Notes: generated by a model from the sequence alone, not told the origin. Numbered from the stretch's first letter, positions 28,727 to 41,741 are shown. The stretch is 64,000 nucleotides of DNA from Spirochaetia bacterium (GCA_965199955.1 CBDATQ010000001.1:128001-192000); one strand, 5' to 3'. Translations and numbers: made by a program.

Positions 28727-30601
28727 GTGACACTCAGGAATCAAGGGAAACTGCTGGCGCTGCTGGCGGGCTTCGCGCTCGTCGCCGCCGGGGCATGGGC
28801 CCAGCAGTACAACGAAGCGCCGATGCTTCAGGAGATGGTCGCCTCGGGCGATCTGCCGCCGGTGGGCGAGCGGCTGCCGGAAGATCCGCTGGTGGTCGAG
28901 CCGGTCGACTCGGTCGGCCAGTACGGCGGTACGTGGCGCCGCGCCTTCAAGGGGATCAAGGACTTCCACGCCTTCGGCCGCCTCAACTACGAGCCGATGC
29001 TGCGCTGGCCGCGCGATCCCAAGGACCCGGTCCAGCCCGGCCTGGCCAGGGAGTGGACCTGGTCGGAGGACGGCACGGAGCTGACCCTGCACCTGCGCCG
29101 CGGCCTCAAGTGGTCCGACGGGGCGCCGTTCACGGTCGACGACATCATCTTCTGGTGGGAGGCGATCGAGACCGACACCAACATCACCGCCGCCCCGCAC
29201 GCGGAGTGGGTGATCGACGGCCAGCCGATGGAGCTCACGAAGATCGACGACGTCACAATCACGCTCAAATTCGCCGGCCCCAACGGCCTGGCGGAGACGG
29301 TCGGCCTGGCCTTCCACGGCAACCAATGGCCGCTGGGCTTCGAGCGCTTCGGCTTCTTCGCGCCGCGCCACTACCTGGAGCAGTACCACCCCGCGTACAA
29401 CTCGAACGTGAGCGACTACCAGCAGTTCGAGGACAGGGCGTTCGACTTCAACATCGAACGGCCGGCCATGACCCCTTGGCGGGTCACCGAGTGGGGTGCC
29501 GGCGCCACCGAGCTGGTCGCCGAGCGCAACCCCTACTACTGGAAGGTCGACGTCGACGGTAACCAGCTCCCGTACATCGACCGCCTGCACTTCACGCTGG
29601 TGGAGGACAACGAGGCGGCCAACCTGCTGGCCATCGCGGGCGAGATCGACATGCAGACCCGGCATATGCAGCTCAGCAAGTTCCCGGTCTACCAGCAGAA
29701 CGCCGAGGCGGGCGAGTACCACACGCTGCTGTGGAGCAACGCCGCCGCATCGCATGCGACGTTCTTTCCGAACCAGAGCTACGGCGACCCCAAGTACCGC
29801 GCGCTGATGCAGGAGCTGAAGTTCCGGCAGGCGCTGTCGCTGGCCATCGACCGCGACCTGATCAACGAGGTCGTGCACCTGGGTCTGGGCACGCCGCGCA
29901 CGGAGTCGGTGGTCAACGACTCGGCGCTCTTCCAGCCTGACATCGAGTTCTACTACGCCGAGTACGACCTGGACCGGGCGCGCGCCCTGCTGGACGAGCT
30001 CGGCCTGCCGGCAGGCGACGGCGGAGTCCGCACCTTCGCGGACGGCTCGCCGCTGGAGCTGATCGTCGAAGCGGTCGGCACCGGCAACACCGATGCTCTG
30101 GAGATCGCCGTCGAGGGCTTCAACGACATCGGCCTGAAGACGGTGCTGAAGACCATGACGCGCGACGTGTACTGGCCGCGGGCCGGCGCGAACGAGGTCA
30201 TGATCGCCACCTGGGGCACGGACCGCGGCCTGGTTCCGATGGTCGACCCGATCTACCAGTTCCCGTTCGACGAGCGTTCATGGATGGCTCCGGCATTCGG
30301 CACCTGGTACAAGACGGGCGGCGAGTTGGGCGAGGAGCCTCCGGCCGAGATGAAGGAGTTGATGGACCTGTACGACGAGTACAAGGGGAACGTCGATTCG
30401 TCGGCGCAGCTCGAGATAGCCAAGAAGCTGGTCAGGCTGTCCACCGAGCGGCTGTACACGATCGGCACCGTCGGCATGGCGCCGGGCATCGTCGTCGTCA
30501 AGGACAACTTCAAGAACGTGGTGGAGGAGTTCACGGCCGACTGGCTCATCATGTCCCCGGGGACGCAGGATCCCAGCCACTACTACTTCGACCAGTCGTA
30601 G
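28727..30601 (+). CDS. ABC transporter substrate-binding protein, family 5 (probably oligosaccharide-binding subgroup)
   Basis: Signal peptide; YNEAPML...LPPVGERLPEDP, GLKWSDGAPFT, RNPYYWKVD..GNQLPYID. Confidence 0.9.
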   Translation: MTLRNQGKLLALLAGFALVAAGAWAQQYNEAPMLQEMVASGDLPPVGERLPEDPLVVEPVDSVGQYGGTWRRAFKGIKDFHAFGRLNYEPMLRWPRDPKDPVQPGLAREWTWSEDGTELTLHLRRGLKWSDGAPFTVDDIIFWWEAIETDTNITAAPHAEWVIDGQPMELTKIDDVTITLKFAGPNGLAETVGLAFHGNQWPLGFERFGFFAPRHYLEQYHPAYNSNVSDYQQFEDRAFDFNIERPAMTPWRVTEWGAGATELVAERNPYYWKVDVDGNQLPYIDRLHFTLVEDNEAANLLAIAGEIDMQTRHMQLSKFPVYQQNAEAGEYHTLLWSNAAASHATFFPNQSYGDPKYRALMQELKFRQALSLAIDRDLINEVVHLGLGTPRTESVVNDSALFQPDIEFYYAEYDLDRARALLDELGLPAGDGGVRTFADGSPLELIVEAVGTGNTDALEIAVEGFNDIGLKTVLKTMTRDVYWPRAGANEVMIATWGTDRGLVPMVDPIYQFPFDERSWMAPAFGTWYKTGGELGEEPPAEMKELMDLYDEYKGNVDSSAQLEIAKKLVRLSTERLYTIGTVGMAPGIVVVKDNFKNVVEEFTADWLIMSPGTQDPSHYYFDQS

Positions 30602-30708
30602 CGTTCCGCACGCCGGACGTGCTGGCGGGATGCGGGCGTGGAAGACACCGTTCTTCCGCGCCCGCCGTACCCGCCGCTCGACAAAGCTAGTCAGGAGCAC
30701 TCCTTCCC

Positions 30709-31704
30709 ATGCTCGCCTACGTCGTTCAGCGGGTGCTGGCGATCATCCCGCTGCTGCTGTTCGTTTCCATCATCACCTTCGTCATCATCCAGTTGCCGCC
30801 CGGCGACTTCTTCACCTCGCTGCAGGCCGAGATCGCCGAGACCGGCGGCGGCCAGGACGCCCGCACGCTGGAGGCGCTCCGCAAGCAGTACGGGCTGGAC
30901 CGGCCGCAGTACATCCAGTACCTGAAGTGGATCACCGGCTTCCTGCGCGGCGACTTCGGCTGGTCGCTGGAGTGGAACAGCCCGGTCTGGCCGCTGGTCG
31001 CCAGCCGGCTGGGGTACACCGTCCTGCTCGGCTGCATCTCGCTCGCGTTCACGATGCTCATCGCCATACCGATCGGCATCTACACCGCCACCCACCAGTA
31101 CGCGATCAGCGACAACCTGCTGTCGTTCGTGGGCTTCGTGGGGCTGTCGCTGCCCGGATTCCTGCTGGCCCTGGCCTGGATGTTCTTCGGCGCCCTGGTG
31201 CTGCGCATCGACGTCTGGGGAACGCTGTCGCCGGAGATGGAGGACGCCCCGTTCAGCATCGCGAAGGCGGCTGACTACCTCAACCACCTGTGGCCCCCGG
31301 CGGTCATCCTGGGGCTGGCCTCGACGGCGCAGCTGCAGCGCATCATGCGCGGCAGCATGCTCGACGTGTTCGGGCAACAGTTCATCACCACCGCCCGCGC
31401 CAAGGGCCTGAAGGAGCGCAAGGTCATCAACAAGTACGGGGTGCGGGTGGCGATCAATCCGCTCATCAGCGTGCTGGCGCTGGAGATCCCGAAGATGATC
31501 TCGGAATCGGCGCTGATCGGCATCGTCATGTCGCTGCCGACGACCGGGCCGCTGTTCCTGCGCGCCCTGCGCACCCAGGACATGTACCTTGCCGGCACCT
31601 TCCTGCTGTTCATGACCCTGCTGCTGATGGTGTCCAACCTGATCGCCGACATCGTGCTGGCCCTGGTCGACCCGCGTATCGTCTACGAGCGCGATTCGGA
31701 ATGA
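30709..31704 (+). CDS. ABC permease (DppB/OppB-like)
   Basis: IIQLPPGD, YGLDRP, TARAKGL EAA-type motif. Confidence 0.9.
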   Translation: MLAYVVQRVLAIIPLLLFVSIITFVIIQLPPGDFFTSLQAEIAETGGGQDARTLEALRKQYGLDRPQYIQYLKWITGFLRGDFGWSLEWNSPVWPLVASRLGYTVLLGCISLAFTMLIAIPIGIYTATHQYAISDNLLSFVGFVGLSLPGFLLALAWMFFGALVLRIDVWGTLSPEMEDAPFSIAKAADYLNHLWPPAVILGLASTAQLQRIMRGSMLDVFGQQFITTARAKGLKERKVINKYGVRVAINPLISVLALEIPKMISESALIGIVMSLPTTGPLFLRALRTQDMYLAGTFLLFMTLLLMVSNLIADIVLALVDPRIVYERDSE

Positions 31705-32879
31705 CCGACCTGGCATCCAGGTCGGCGGAGCTCTTCAAGCTCTACGAAGAGCTGGAGGACCGGGGCGACGCGGAGGATGCCGCCGATGTGGCGCCCCGCG
31801 CCGCCGGCGCGCGCTACGCGGCTTCGCAGTGGCGGCTGATGTGGCGGAAGTTCATCCGCAACCGCGCCGCCATCGCCGGCGGCATCGTCATCGCCTGCTT
31901 CTACCTGGTCGCGCTGTTCGGCAACTTCGTCTCCCCCTACGCGTTGGATACCCGGCACCGGAATTACATCTACATGCCGCCGCAGCGCATCCACTTCTTT
32001 CACGACGGCCGCTTCGGGCCGTTCGTCTACGGGATCGAGCGCAGCATCGACCCGAAGACGCTGCTGAAGATCTACGAGCCGGACCGCGAGCACGTCATCC
32101 CGTTGCGGTTCTTCGCCTCGGGCGAGCCGTACAAGCTGTTCGGGCTGTTCGAGACCGACGTGCACCTCTTCGGCGTGGACGAGGGGGTCGTGTCCATCCT
32201 CGGCACGGACCGTCAGGGGCGCGACATGTTCACCCGCATCGTTTTGGGAAGCCAGATCTCCCTGACCATCGGGCTGATCGGGGTCGTGCTGAGCCTGTTC
32301 CTGGGATCGGTGCTGGGGGTGGCGTCCGGCTACTACGGCGGCGCGATCGACAACCTCATCCAGCGCGTGATCGAGCTCGTGCGGTCGTTTCCGTCGATCC
32401 CGCTGTGGATGGCGCTGTCGGCGGCGCTCCCCCTGACCTGGCCGCAACTGCGCATTTACTTCGCGGTCACGCTGATCCTGTCGCTGATCGGCTGGACCTG
32501 GCTGGCGCGACAACTTCGCGGCAAGGTCCTGTCGCTTCGCTCCGAGGACTTCGTGCTGGCCGCCAAGATGGCGGGCGCCGGCGACCGGCGGGTGATCTTC
32601 AAGCACCTGATCCCGGCCACGCTGGGCCATATCATCGTCGTATCCACCCTGGCCATGCCGAGCATGATCCTGGGCGAGACCGCCCTGAGCTTCCTGGGCC
32701 TGGGCCTGCAGCCGCCGCTGACGAGCTGGGGCGTGCTGCTTCAGGAGGCGCAGAACATCCAGTCCATCGCCGTGTACCCGTGGGTGTTCACGCCCGCGAT
32801 CTTCATCGCTGCGGCGATCCTGGCATTCAACTTCCTGGGCGACGGGATGCGCGATGCAGCCGATCCGTACACCAGTTGA
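31701..32879 (+). CDS. ABC permease (DppC/OppC-like)
   Basis: LGTDRQGRD, ETALSFLGLG, FNFLGDGMRDAADP. Confidence 0.9.
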   Translation: MTDLASRSAELFKLYEELEDRGDAEDAADVAPRAAGARYAASQWRLMWRKFIRNRAAIAGGIVIACFYLVALFGNFVSPYALDTRHRNYIYMPPQRIHFFHDGRFGPFVYGIERSIDPKTLLKIYEPDREHVIPLRFFASGEPYKLFGLFETDVHLFGVDEGVVSILGTDRQGRDMFTRIVLGSQISLTIGLIGVVLSLFLGSVLGVASGYYGGAIDNLIQRVIELVRSFPSIPLWMALSAALPLTWPQLRIYFAVTLILSLIGWTWLARQLRGKVLSLRSEDFVLAAKMAGAGDRRVIFKHLIPATLGHIIVVSTLAMPSMILGETALSFLGLGLQPPLTSWGVLLQEAQNIQSIAVYPWVFTPAIFIAAAILAFNFLGDGMRDAADPYTS

Positions 32880-32895
32880 CCGGCGGGCGGACGCG

Positions 32896-34969
<2,074 letters not shown>

Positions 34970-34976
34970 CGCCGGC

Positions 34977-35370
34977 TCAGCCGGATGCCAGCCCGGTGCC
35001 GAGGCGGCGGGTGAGCGCCGCGATCGGGGCGGTGACGACCACCTCCACCGGCGGCGGCGATCCCTCCACGCGGCGGATCAGGTCGAGCGCGGTGACGGCC
35101 AGCACGATGCGGTCGGCGGCATCCGCGATGGGCACCACCTGGAGCCCCGCCTCGCCGCCCTCTCCGCCGGCCGGTCATCTCGATGAAGATCGCCTCCAGC
35201 GTGGCCTCTTCCGTGTGCACGGTGACCAGCTCCGGAGCGCTGAGTGCGGCGCCGTTCGGCCCCAGGAAGCCGAGCACCTCTCCCGGAGCCACCTCGAAGC
35301 TGACGCCCCGTACGACCTGCACGTCGCCGTAGGAGTACTGCAGGTCGCGAACCTCGATCGCTGCGCCCAT
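34977..35370 (-). pseudogene. Internally deleted ABC-2 type ATPase plus probable permease fragment
   Basis: MGAAIEVRDL...GFLGPNGA is joined directly to C-terminal VHTEEATLEAIFIEMTGR; Walker A truncated and core missing. Confidence 0.78.
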
Positions 35371-35444
35371 GTCACGCGACTCCTCGCCGGCGCTCGCCGT
35401 GCGGGCACCGTACCGGAGACGAGTATCCACCGTATGCTGTCGGC

Positions 35445-35870
35445 GTGGAACCCGTCACCGACCGGCCGACCTTCGATCCGCATTGCTTCTGTTGCGGGGA
35501 GTCCAACGCGCAGGGTCTGAAGCTGAGTTACCGCTATCCGCAGCCCGGAGAGGCCAGCACGTCGTTCACGATCCCCGACCACTTCACCGGCTGGAAGGAC
35601 GTCGTGCACGGCGGCCTGCTGGCGATGGTGCTGGACGAGACGATGGCGCACGCCTGCGCCAGCAAGGGGCTGAACGGCTTCACGGGCGAAATCTCCGTTC
35701 GCTTCCGGCAGCCGGTACGGGTCGGCACGGTGGTGGCGGCGGCCGGACGTATCCGGTCCGAGCGGCGCCGCGTGGTGACGACCGAGGCGCAACTCACCGC
35801 TGGCGGCGCGACGATTGCCGAGGCGGAGGCGAGCTTCTTCGTGCCGCCCGAGTCCGCAGCGCCGGAATAG
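35445..35870 (+). CDS. PaaI-family hotdog thioesterase
   Basis: CFCCG..NAQGL, VHGGLLAMVLDE. Confidence 0.85.
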   Translation: MEPVTDRPTFDPHCFCCGESNAQGLKLSYRYPQPGEASTSFTIPDHFTGWKDVVHGGLLAMVLDETMAHACASKGLNGFTGEISVRFRQPVRVGTVVAAAGRIRSERRRVVTTEAQLTAGGATIAEAEASFFVPPESAAPE

Positions 35871-35890
35871 CGCCTCGAAAAAGCCTGCGC

Positions 35891-38158
35891 TCAGTCCGGG
35901 CGGCTGGGGACATGCACGACCTCGCGCGCCTTGCTGCCCTGTGCAGGGCCGACGATGCCGCGTTCTTCCATCTCCTCGACCAGGCGGGCGGCCCGGTTGT
36001 AGCCGATCTTGAGCTTGCGCTGCAGGTAGGAGGCGGAAGCCTTGCCGGACGCCAGCACGATGTCGAGCGCCTGCTCCATCATCGGATCGTCCGAGCCATC
36101 GGCGACCGGCCCCTCCGGCTCCTCTTCTTCGAACAGCACGTCCTCGTCAATGTAGTCGGGCTGGCCCAGCGTACGGACGTGGTCGGCGACCGCCTCGACC
36201 TCCTCGTCGGACAGGTAGGCGCCCTGGATGCGGACCGGCGCCGGGTCCCACGCGGACGCGAACAGCAAGTCGCCTCGGCCGAGCAGCTTCTCCGCGCCGA
36301 CGCCGTCGATGATGATGCGCGAGTCGAACTTGCTGGCCACCATGAAGGCGATCCGGGACGGGATGTTGGCCTTGATCAGGCCGGTGATGACGTCGATCGA
36401 CGGCCGCTGCGTGGCCAGCACGATGTGCATCCCGACCGCGCGCGCCATGGCCGCCAGGCGCGCCAGGGTCGACTCCAGCTCCTTGCCGGTGGTGGCCATC
36501 AGGTCGGCCAGCTCGTCGATGATGATGACGATGTAGGGCAGCTTCTCTCCCTTGTTCTCGCCGGCCTTGCGGTTGAACGAGGCGACGTCGCGCACGCCCA
36601 CCTCGTCGAGCAGGGAGTAGCGCCGCTCCATCTCGAACAGGCAGTACTGCAGGGCCTGGAAGGCGCGCTTCGGTTCCGTGATGACCGGGGTCAGAAGGTG
36701 CGGGATGTCGTTGTAGAACTTGAGCTCGACGATCTTGGGGTCGATCAGCAGCAGCCGGACCTGCTCCGGCGTGCGCGCGCAGATCAGGGAGCAGATGATC
36801 GAGTTGACGCATACCGACTTGCCGGACCCGGTGGCGCCGGCGATCAGCAGGTGCGGAGTCTGCGCCAGGTCCATGATCTGGCACTCGCCGGCGATTCCCT
36901 GCCCGAGGGCGATGGGCAGGCTGTTGGACTTGGAGCGGAAGTCCTTGTGCGCAAGCAGCGTGCGGAAGCCGACGATGGCGCGGGTCCGGTTCGGCACCTC
37001 GATGCCGACCGCGTGCTTGCCGGGGATCGGCGCGACGATGCGCACGCGCGAGGCGGCGAGCTGCAGGGCGATGTTGTCGGCCAGATTGACGATGGAGGAG
37101 AGCTTCACGCCCGCGGCGGGCAGGATCTCGTACATCGTGATCGCCGGTCCGCGGCTGATGCCGGTGACCTTGGCGCTGATGCGGAACTCCTGCAGCGTCT
37201 CGGTGAGCACCTCGGCATGCTGCTCCGCTTCCGCCTGCAACTCCCGGTCGGGACGGTTGCGGTGCTCGTCCAGCAGCCGGTCGATCGGTACGTGATAGCC
37301 GCTGTTCGCCGGCGTGTCGCGGCCGCCGGTGCGGGGGCGGCGCGACGCGGCGGGGCGCGGTCGTACGCGGCGGGGTGGTTCTTCCCCTGCCGGCTCGGGA
37401 GGAGCCGGCGAAGGCGCCGGCGGCTCGTCGTCGGCGGGCTCTCCGGCCAGGATCGCCGCGAACGGCTCCCTGCTCTGCAGAATCGCCGACTCGTCGTAGC
37501 CGTCGTCCTGACCGGACCGGCCGCCCTGGTCTGCCTGGTCGCCGGGTTCGGGGGAAAGTTCGCGCTCGGCCGCATGTTCCGACAGCCCTGCTGGCGCCGC
37601 ATCGGGCGGCGCCAGCAGGGCTGTCGGAACTCCCAGCCTGGGCGCGACACCGCTCAGCAGCACGACCGCCGCCGCGGCGGTGACCAGCAGGACCAGCAGC
37701 AGCAGCACGCTGGTGGGCCGGCCCAGGGCGTCGACGAGCGCTGCCGGCAGGGGCGGCGGCGGGTCGGTCAGGGTCAGGATGTGGGTGAGGGACGCCACGA
37801 TCGGGATGATGAGCGCCGCTACCGGCAACGCCACGTGCAGGGTCGGCACGCGCGCGTCGGCCGGCGCCCGGCCGACCGTATAGGCCACCACGTACAGGTA
37901 GACCGGTACCAGGATGGCCGCCCAGCCCAGGCTGCGTATCAGGAACGCCCCGGGGGCGAGCAGCAGCGCCGCTCCCGGCTGCAGGCGTAGCTGCTCCCCC
38001 GAGAACGCCTGCAGAACCGTCGACAGGCTCAGCACGCTGGCCGCCACCGCGGACGCGAGCGCCAGGACCCAGATCGGCCAGTCCGGCACCCGCTCCATCA
38101 CGCCGGTGCGGTCCTGTGTCTTGACGGACTCCGGCGTCGGATCGCGCGTAGCCAACAC
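35891..38158 (-). CDS. ftsK: DNA translocase FtsK
   Basis: N-terminal TM segments, HLLIAGATGSGKS, IDELADLM, ATQRPS, gamma domain LQRKLKIGYNRAAR; AAGGAGG RBS. Confidence 0.95.
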   Translation of the reverse strand: MLATRDPTPESVKTQDRTGVMERVPDWPIWVLALASAVAASVLSLSTVLQAFSGEQLRLQPGAALLLAPGAFLIRSLGWAAILVPVYLYVVAYTVGRAPADARVPTLHVALPVAALIIPIVASLTHILTLTDPPPPLPAALVDALGRPTSVLLLLVLLVTAAAAVVLLSGVAPRLGVPTALLAPPDAAPAGLSEHAAERELSPEPGDQADQGGRSGQDDGYDESAILQSREPFAAILAGEPADDEPPAPSPAPPEPAGEEPPRRVRPRPAASRRPRTGGRDTPANSGYHVPIDRLLDEHRNRPDRELQAEAEQHAEVLTETLQEFRISAKVTGISRGPAITMYEILPAAGVKLSSIVNLADNIALQLAASRVRIVAPIPGKHAVGIEVPNRTRAIVGFRTLLAHKDFRSKSNSLPIALGQGIAGECQIMDLAQTPHLLIAGATGSGKSVCVNSIICSLICARTPEQVRLLLIDPKIVELKFYNDIPHLLTPVITEPKRAFQALQYCLFEMERRYSLLDEVGVRDVASFNRKAGENKGEKLPYIVIIIDELADLMATTGKELESTLARLAAMARAVGMHIVLATQRPSIDVITGLIKANIPSRIAFMVASKFDSRIIIDGVGAEKLLGRGDLLFASAWDPAPVRIQGAYLSDEEVEAVADHVRTLGQPDYIDEDVLFEEEEPEGPVADGSDDPMMEQALDIVLASGKASASYLQRKLKIGYNRAARLVEEMEERGIVGPAQGSKAREVVHVPSRPD

Positions 38159-38250
38159 CTTCCCCTCCCCTCCTTATCGGCAGGCCGGCGCTGCCGGCTG
38201 AGAAGGTCTGCGGCGCGTGGAGAACCGTCGATCGGTTCCCGTGGGAGATC

Positions 38251-39060
38251 TCAGATGGTGCGGCCTACGAGCAGGCCGAAGGCGCCCAGCGGCAGCAGGT
38301 AGACCGCGAACCAGGCCAGCCGGTCGTGGTGCAGCACCGCCAGCAGAGCGCGCAGGCAGAGCGCTCCGGTCACCAGCGCGGCCGCGAACCCGACCGCCAG
38401 AGACGTGGCGCCGGTCTCGCGGATCAGACCGCGGGCGTCGCCGAGGGTCAGCGCCAGCGCGCCCAGCACGGCCGGCACCGACACCAGGAATGCCAGCGCG
38501 CCGGCGCGGCGGCGGCTCATCCCCCCGATCAGACAGGCCGCCACGGTGATGCCCGCGCGCGAGATGCCGGGCAGCACGGCGACCCCCTGCGCGACGCCCA
38601 CGGCGATGGCAAGCCAGAGCCCGGGCTCGCCGCCGTTCGGGGACTTCCGGCGCAGGCGGGTGGCAAGAAGGATCGCGGCGGTGGCGATGAACGCGACCGA
38701 CACCGCGGTGAGGGTACGGGCCGACGGCAGCAGGAAGCGGCTGACGATCAGGCCGACCACCGCGGTAGCGGCGGTGGCGGCCACGACCGCGGCGAGCAGG
38801 CGCAGGTCGTCGCGGTCGGCGGCGGCAACGCGGCCGGTGGCCAGGAGCGCTCCGGCGCGGAGCAGCGCGGCCAGCCGCCTGCGGAACTGCCAACAGATGA
38901 CGACGAGCGTCGCGACATGCAGCACCACGTCGAACAGCAGTGGCGGCTCGGCGATTCCCAGCCACGCACGCGCCACCACCAGGTGGCCGGAGCTGGAAAT
39001 CGGCAGGAACTCGGTGGCGCCCTGCAACAGCCCGAGCCCGACCGCCTCGACGATGCTCAT
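38251..39060 (-). CDS. uppP: Undecaprenyl-diphosphatase
   Basis: QGATEFLPISSSGH, PGISRAGIT. Confidence 0.92.
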   Translation of the reverse strand: MSIVEAVGLGLLQGATEFLPISSSGHLVVARAWLGIAEPPLLFDVVLHVATLVVICWQFRRRLAALLRAGALLATGRVAAADRDDLRLLAAVVAATAATAVVGLIVSRFLLPSARTLTAVSVAFIATAAILLATRLRRKSPNGGEPGLWLAIAVGVAQGVAVLPGISRAGITVAACLIGGMSRRRAGALAFLVSVPAVLGALALTLGDARGLIRETGATSLAVGFAAALVTGALCLRALLAVLHHDRLAWFAVYLLPLGAFGLLVGRTI

Positions 39061-39710
39061 GGTGCGGTCCGTTCGGACAGCTCGACGGTCACCAGGTGGC
39101 GCTGGGCGCTCAGGCCAGGCACCCGGACCCGCTGCACCGCCGCGCGGAACGGCAGCGCCCGCAGCGCCGCGTCGATCGCCGCGCGCGTGCCGGCGTAGGC
39201 CAGCAGGCGCGGCGCCAGGCGTTCCCGGGCGACGGCGGCGGCCAGCTCGGGCAGGGGGGCGACCGCGCGCGCGGTGACCAGGTCGAAGCGTTCGCCGCCC
39301 GCGTGCGCGACGACGCGCGCGTTGACCAGCCGCAGGTGCGGGACGACCGCGGACAGGAACGCGCGGCGCTTCTCCGAGCGCTCGATCAGCGTGAAGGTCA
39401 GGCGCGGCAGCGCGATCGCCAGCGGGATGGCCGGCAGGCCCGCGCCCGACCCGAAGTCGGCGACCCGCCATCCGAGCCGCCGGACGACGGGCACCGCCGT
39501 CAGCGCGTCCAGCACATGGTGGGTGACGAGCTGCTCGCGGTCCGCCTTGACGAAGCCGTAGACCCGGTTCCAGCGGTCCAGCTCTGCCATGTACGCCGCC
39601 AGCACGCCCGCGTCGGCATCCACGCCGAGCGCCCGCAGGCCGGCGTCGAGCGCGTTCGGGGACCGATCCGGGCCGTCGCCGATCGACGTCGAGGCGATTG
39701 CGCCCCTCAT
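39057..39710 (-). CDS. rsmG: 16S rRNA m7G527 methyltransferase
   Basis: HHVLDAL, DFGSGAGLP, ERSEKRRAFL, VTARAVA. Confidence 0.9.
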   Translation of the reverse strand: MRGAIASTSIGDGPDRSPNALDAGLRALGVDADAGVLAAYMAELDRWNRVYGFVKADREQLVTHHVLDALTAVPVVRRLGWRVADFGSGAGLPAIPLAIALPRLTFTLIERSEKRRAFLSAVVPHLRLVNARVVAHAGGERFDLVTARAVAPLPELAAAVARERLAPRLLAYAGTRAAIDAALRALPFRAAVQRVRVPGLSAQRHLVTVELSERTAP

Positions 39711-39947
39711 TCAAAGAGATGGCGGTACGGGCCGAATGCCAGCGGCTTGTGGTGCCTGTTCGCCGTTTCGCTGCTCCCCGGACACTCTTTTGCACAGTGT
39801 CGCCCCTTTGGCAACGACCATGAAACCGGATGCGATCGAGAGGTCGGACCGTTCGCATCGTCCACTGCCCGATGACGAAGCTCGGCTGAGCGGACTACCC
39901 TGAGCGGTGTCGGACCGCGACGCGCATTGGCCGCACCGGCAGAAGGG

Positions 39948-41741
39948 ATGGGCGTGAACACGGCGTATCCGCAGATACCCTACGGCTGGGCCGACTTCGA
40001 GGGGATGCGCCGCGAGCGTACCCTGTACGTCGACAAGACGCGCTTCCTGCACGACCTGGAACGGGAGCGGACCGCCTTCCTGATCCGCCCGCGGCGCTTC
40101 GGCAAGTCGTGCTGGGTGGCGCTGCTGGAGAGCTACTACGACCGCAACCGCGCCGACCGCTTCGAGGCGATCTTCGGCGGCACCGACATCGCGCGGCGGC
40201 CCACCGCCGACCGCCACCGCTACGTGATCCTGCGCTTCGACTTCTCCGCGTTCGACGATACCCTGGAGACCCTCCGCGAACGGTTCGAGACCTACTGCTT
40301 CATCAAGCTCCGCGCCGCGCTGGAACGAAATCAGGACCTGTTTCCGCAGCCGGTGATCGACCGCATCCTGGCCCACCCCGCCATCGACGGCAGACTGAAC
40401 GAACTGTTCGAGTACGTCGGCGAGCACGACGTCCCGCTGTACGTGCTGATCGACGAGTACGACAACTTCGCCAACACGATCCTGGCGCACCGCGGCGCGC
40501 AGGCGTACGAGTCGTTCACCCATGGCGGCGGCTTCTACCGCAACTTCTTCGCCACCCTCAAGGCCGGCGTCGGCCACGGCGGCGGCGTGGAGCGCCTGTT
40601 CGTCACCGGCGTGTCACCGATCACCATGGACGACGTGACCAGCGGCTTCAACATCGCCACCAACGTCAGCCTGATGCCGGAGTTCAACGAGGTGCTCGGC
40701 TTCACCGCCGCCGAGGTGCGCGCCATCCTGCAGACCTACCGCGACCACGGCGTGCTCGATCAGGACGTGGACGAGGCGATGGCCGTCATGGCCGAGTGGT
40801 ACGACGGCTATCGCTTCGCCAAGCGCGCGCACCAGCCCGTCTACAACACCGACATGGTGCTCTACTACGTCAAGGCGTCGGTTCCCGGACGCGGCAAACC
40901 GGACGATCTGATCGATACGAACGTGCGCATCGACTACGGCAAGTTGCGCCACCTGCTGACGGTCAACCGGCAGCTCAACGGCAACTTCGACCTGCTGCGC
41001 CACGTGATCGGCGAAGGCTGGGTGGACGGCGAGCTGCGCGACGGATTCCCGCTGGAGGAACTGGATCAGAGGGACAACTTCGTGTCGCTGCTGCACTACT
41101 TCGGGCTGCTGAGCATCCGCGAGGTGCGCGACGGCATGCCGCGGCTGGCGATTCCGAACCAGACGGTGCGGCGGCTGATGTACGGCTACCTGCGCGACGG
41201 CTACCGCGACGTGGGCCTGTTTGCGGTGGACCGGCACGCTTTCGGCCGGCTGGTGCACGAGATGGCGTACCGCGGCGCCTGGCGGCCGGTGCTGGAGTTC
41301 CTCAGCGACGCGATCGCCAGCCAGACATCGATCCGCGACTACATCGACGGCGAGAAGGTCATCCAGGGATTCCTGGCCGCCTACCTGAGCGGGACCGAGC
41401 ACTTCGTGTTCCACACCGAGCGCGAGCTGGGCGGCGGTTACGCTGACATCTGCCTGGAGCCGCACCTGCAGCGCTACGCCGGCATGCGCCACGGCTACGT
41501 GATGGAGTTGAAGTACCTGAAGCGCGGCGAGCCGGCCGGCGAGGCGCGCGTGGCGAAGGCGGCACGGGAGGCGGCGGCCCAGGTGCGGCGCTACGTGGCG
41601 GACGAGCGGCTGGCGCGCCAGTATCCGACGGTGCGGTTCACCGGCTTGGCGGTCGTGTTCCACGGCTGGGAGCTGACGCATGCCGAAGCCGTGTCCGGCC
41701 CCGCGCTGGATGAACCTCGTAACACTTCCGTCCGAAGTTGA
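39948..41741 (+). CDS. AAA-ATPase-like domain plus C-terminal PD-(D/E)XK nuclease, copy 1
   Basis: IPYG, YVDKT, RPRRFGKS, LIDEYD, TSGFNI, WYDGY, IPN; GYADI...ELK. Confidence 0.9.
   Translation: MGVNTAYPQIPYGWADFEGMRRERTLYVDKTRFLHDLERERTAFLIRPRRFGKSCWVALLESYYDRNRADRFEAIFGGTDIARRPTADRHRYVILRFDFSAFDDTLETLRERFETYCFIKLRAALERNQDLFPQPVIDRILAHPAIDGRLNELFEYVGEHDVPLYVLIDEYDNFANTILAHRGAQAYESFTHGGGFYRNFFATLKAGVGHGGGVERLFVTGVSPITMDDVTSGFNIATNVSLMPEFNEVLGFTAAEVRAILQTYRDHGVLDQDVDEAMAVMAEWYDGYRFAKRAHQPVYNTDMVLYYVKASVPGRGKPDDLIDTNVRIDYGKLRHLLTVNRQLNGNFDLLRHVIGEGWVDGELRDGFPLEELDQRDNFVSLLHYFGLLSIREVRDGMPRLAIPNQTVRRLMYGYLRDGYRDVGLFAVDRHAFGRLVHEMAYRGAWRPVLEFLSDAIASQTSIRDYIDGEKVIQGFLAAYLSGTEHFVFHTERELGGGYADICLEPHLQRYAGMRHGYVMELKYLKRGEPAGEARVAKAAREAAAQVRRYVADERLARQYPTVRFTGLAVVFHGWELTHAEAVSGPALDEPRNTSVRS

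Noticed and set aside
35369..37990. Very long alternative-frame or antisense ORFs (873 aa here; others opposite gatB, the DAHPS fusion, pheS, nadE and the AAA genes)
   Set aside because: Expected shadows of GC3-rich genes with few off-frame stops; no recognisable motifs
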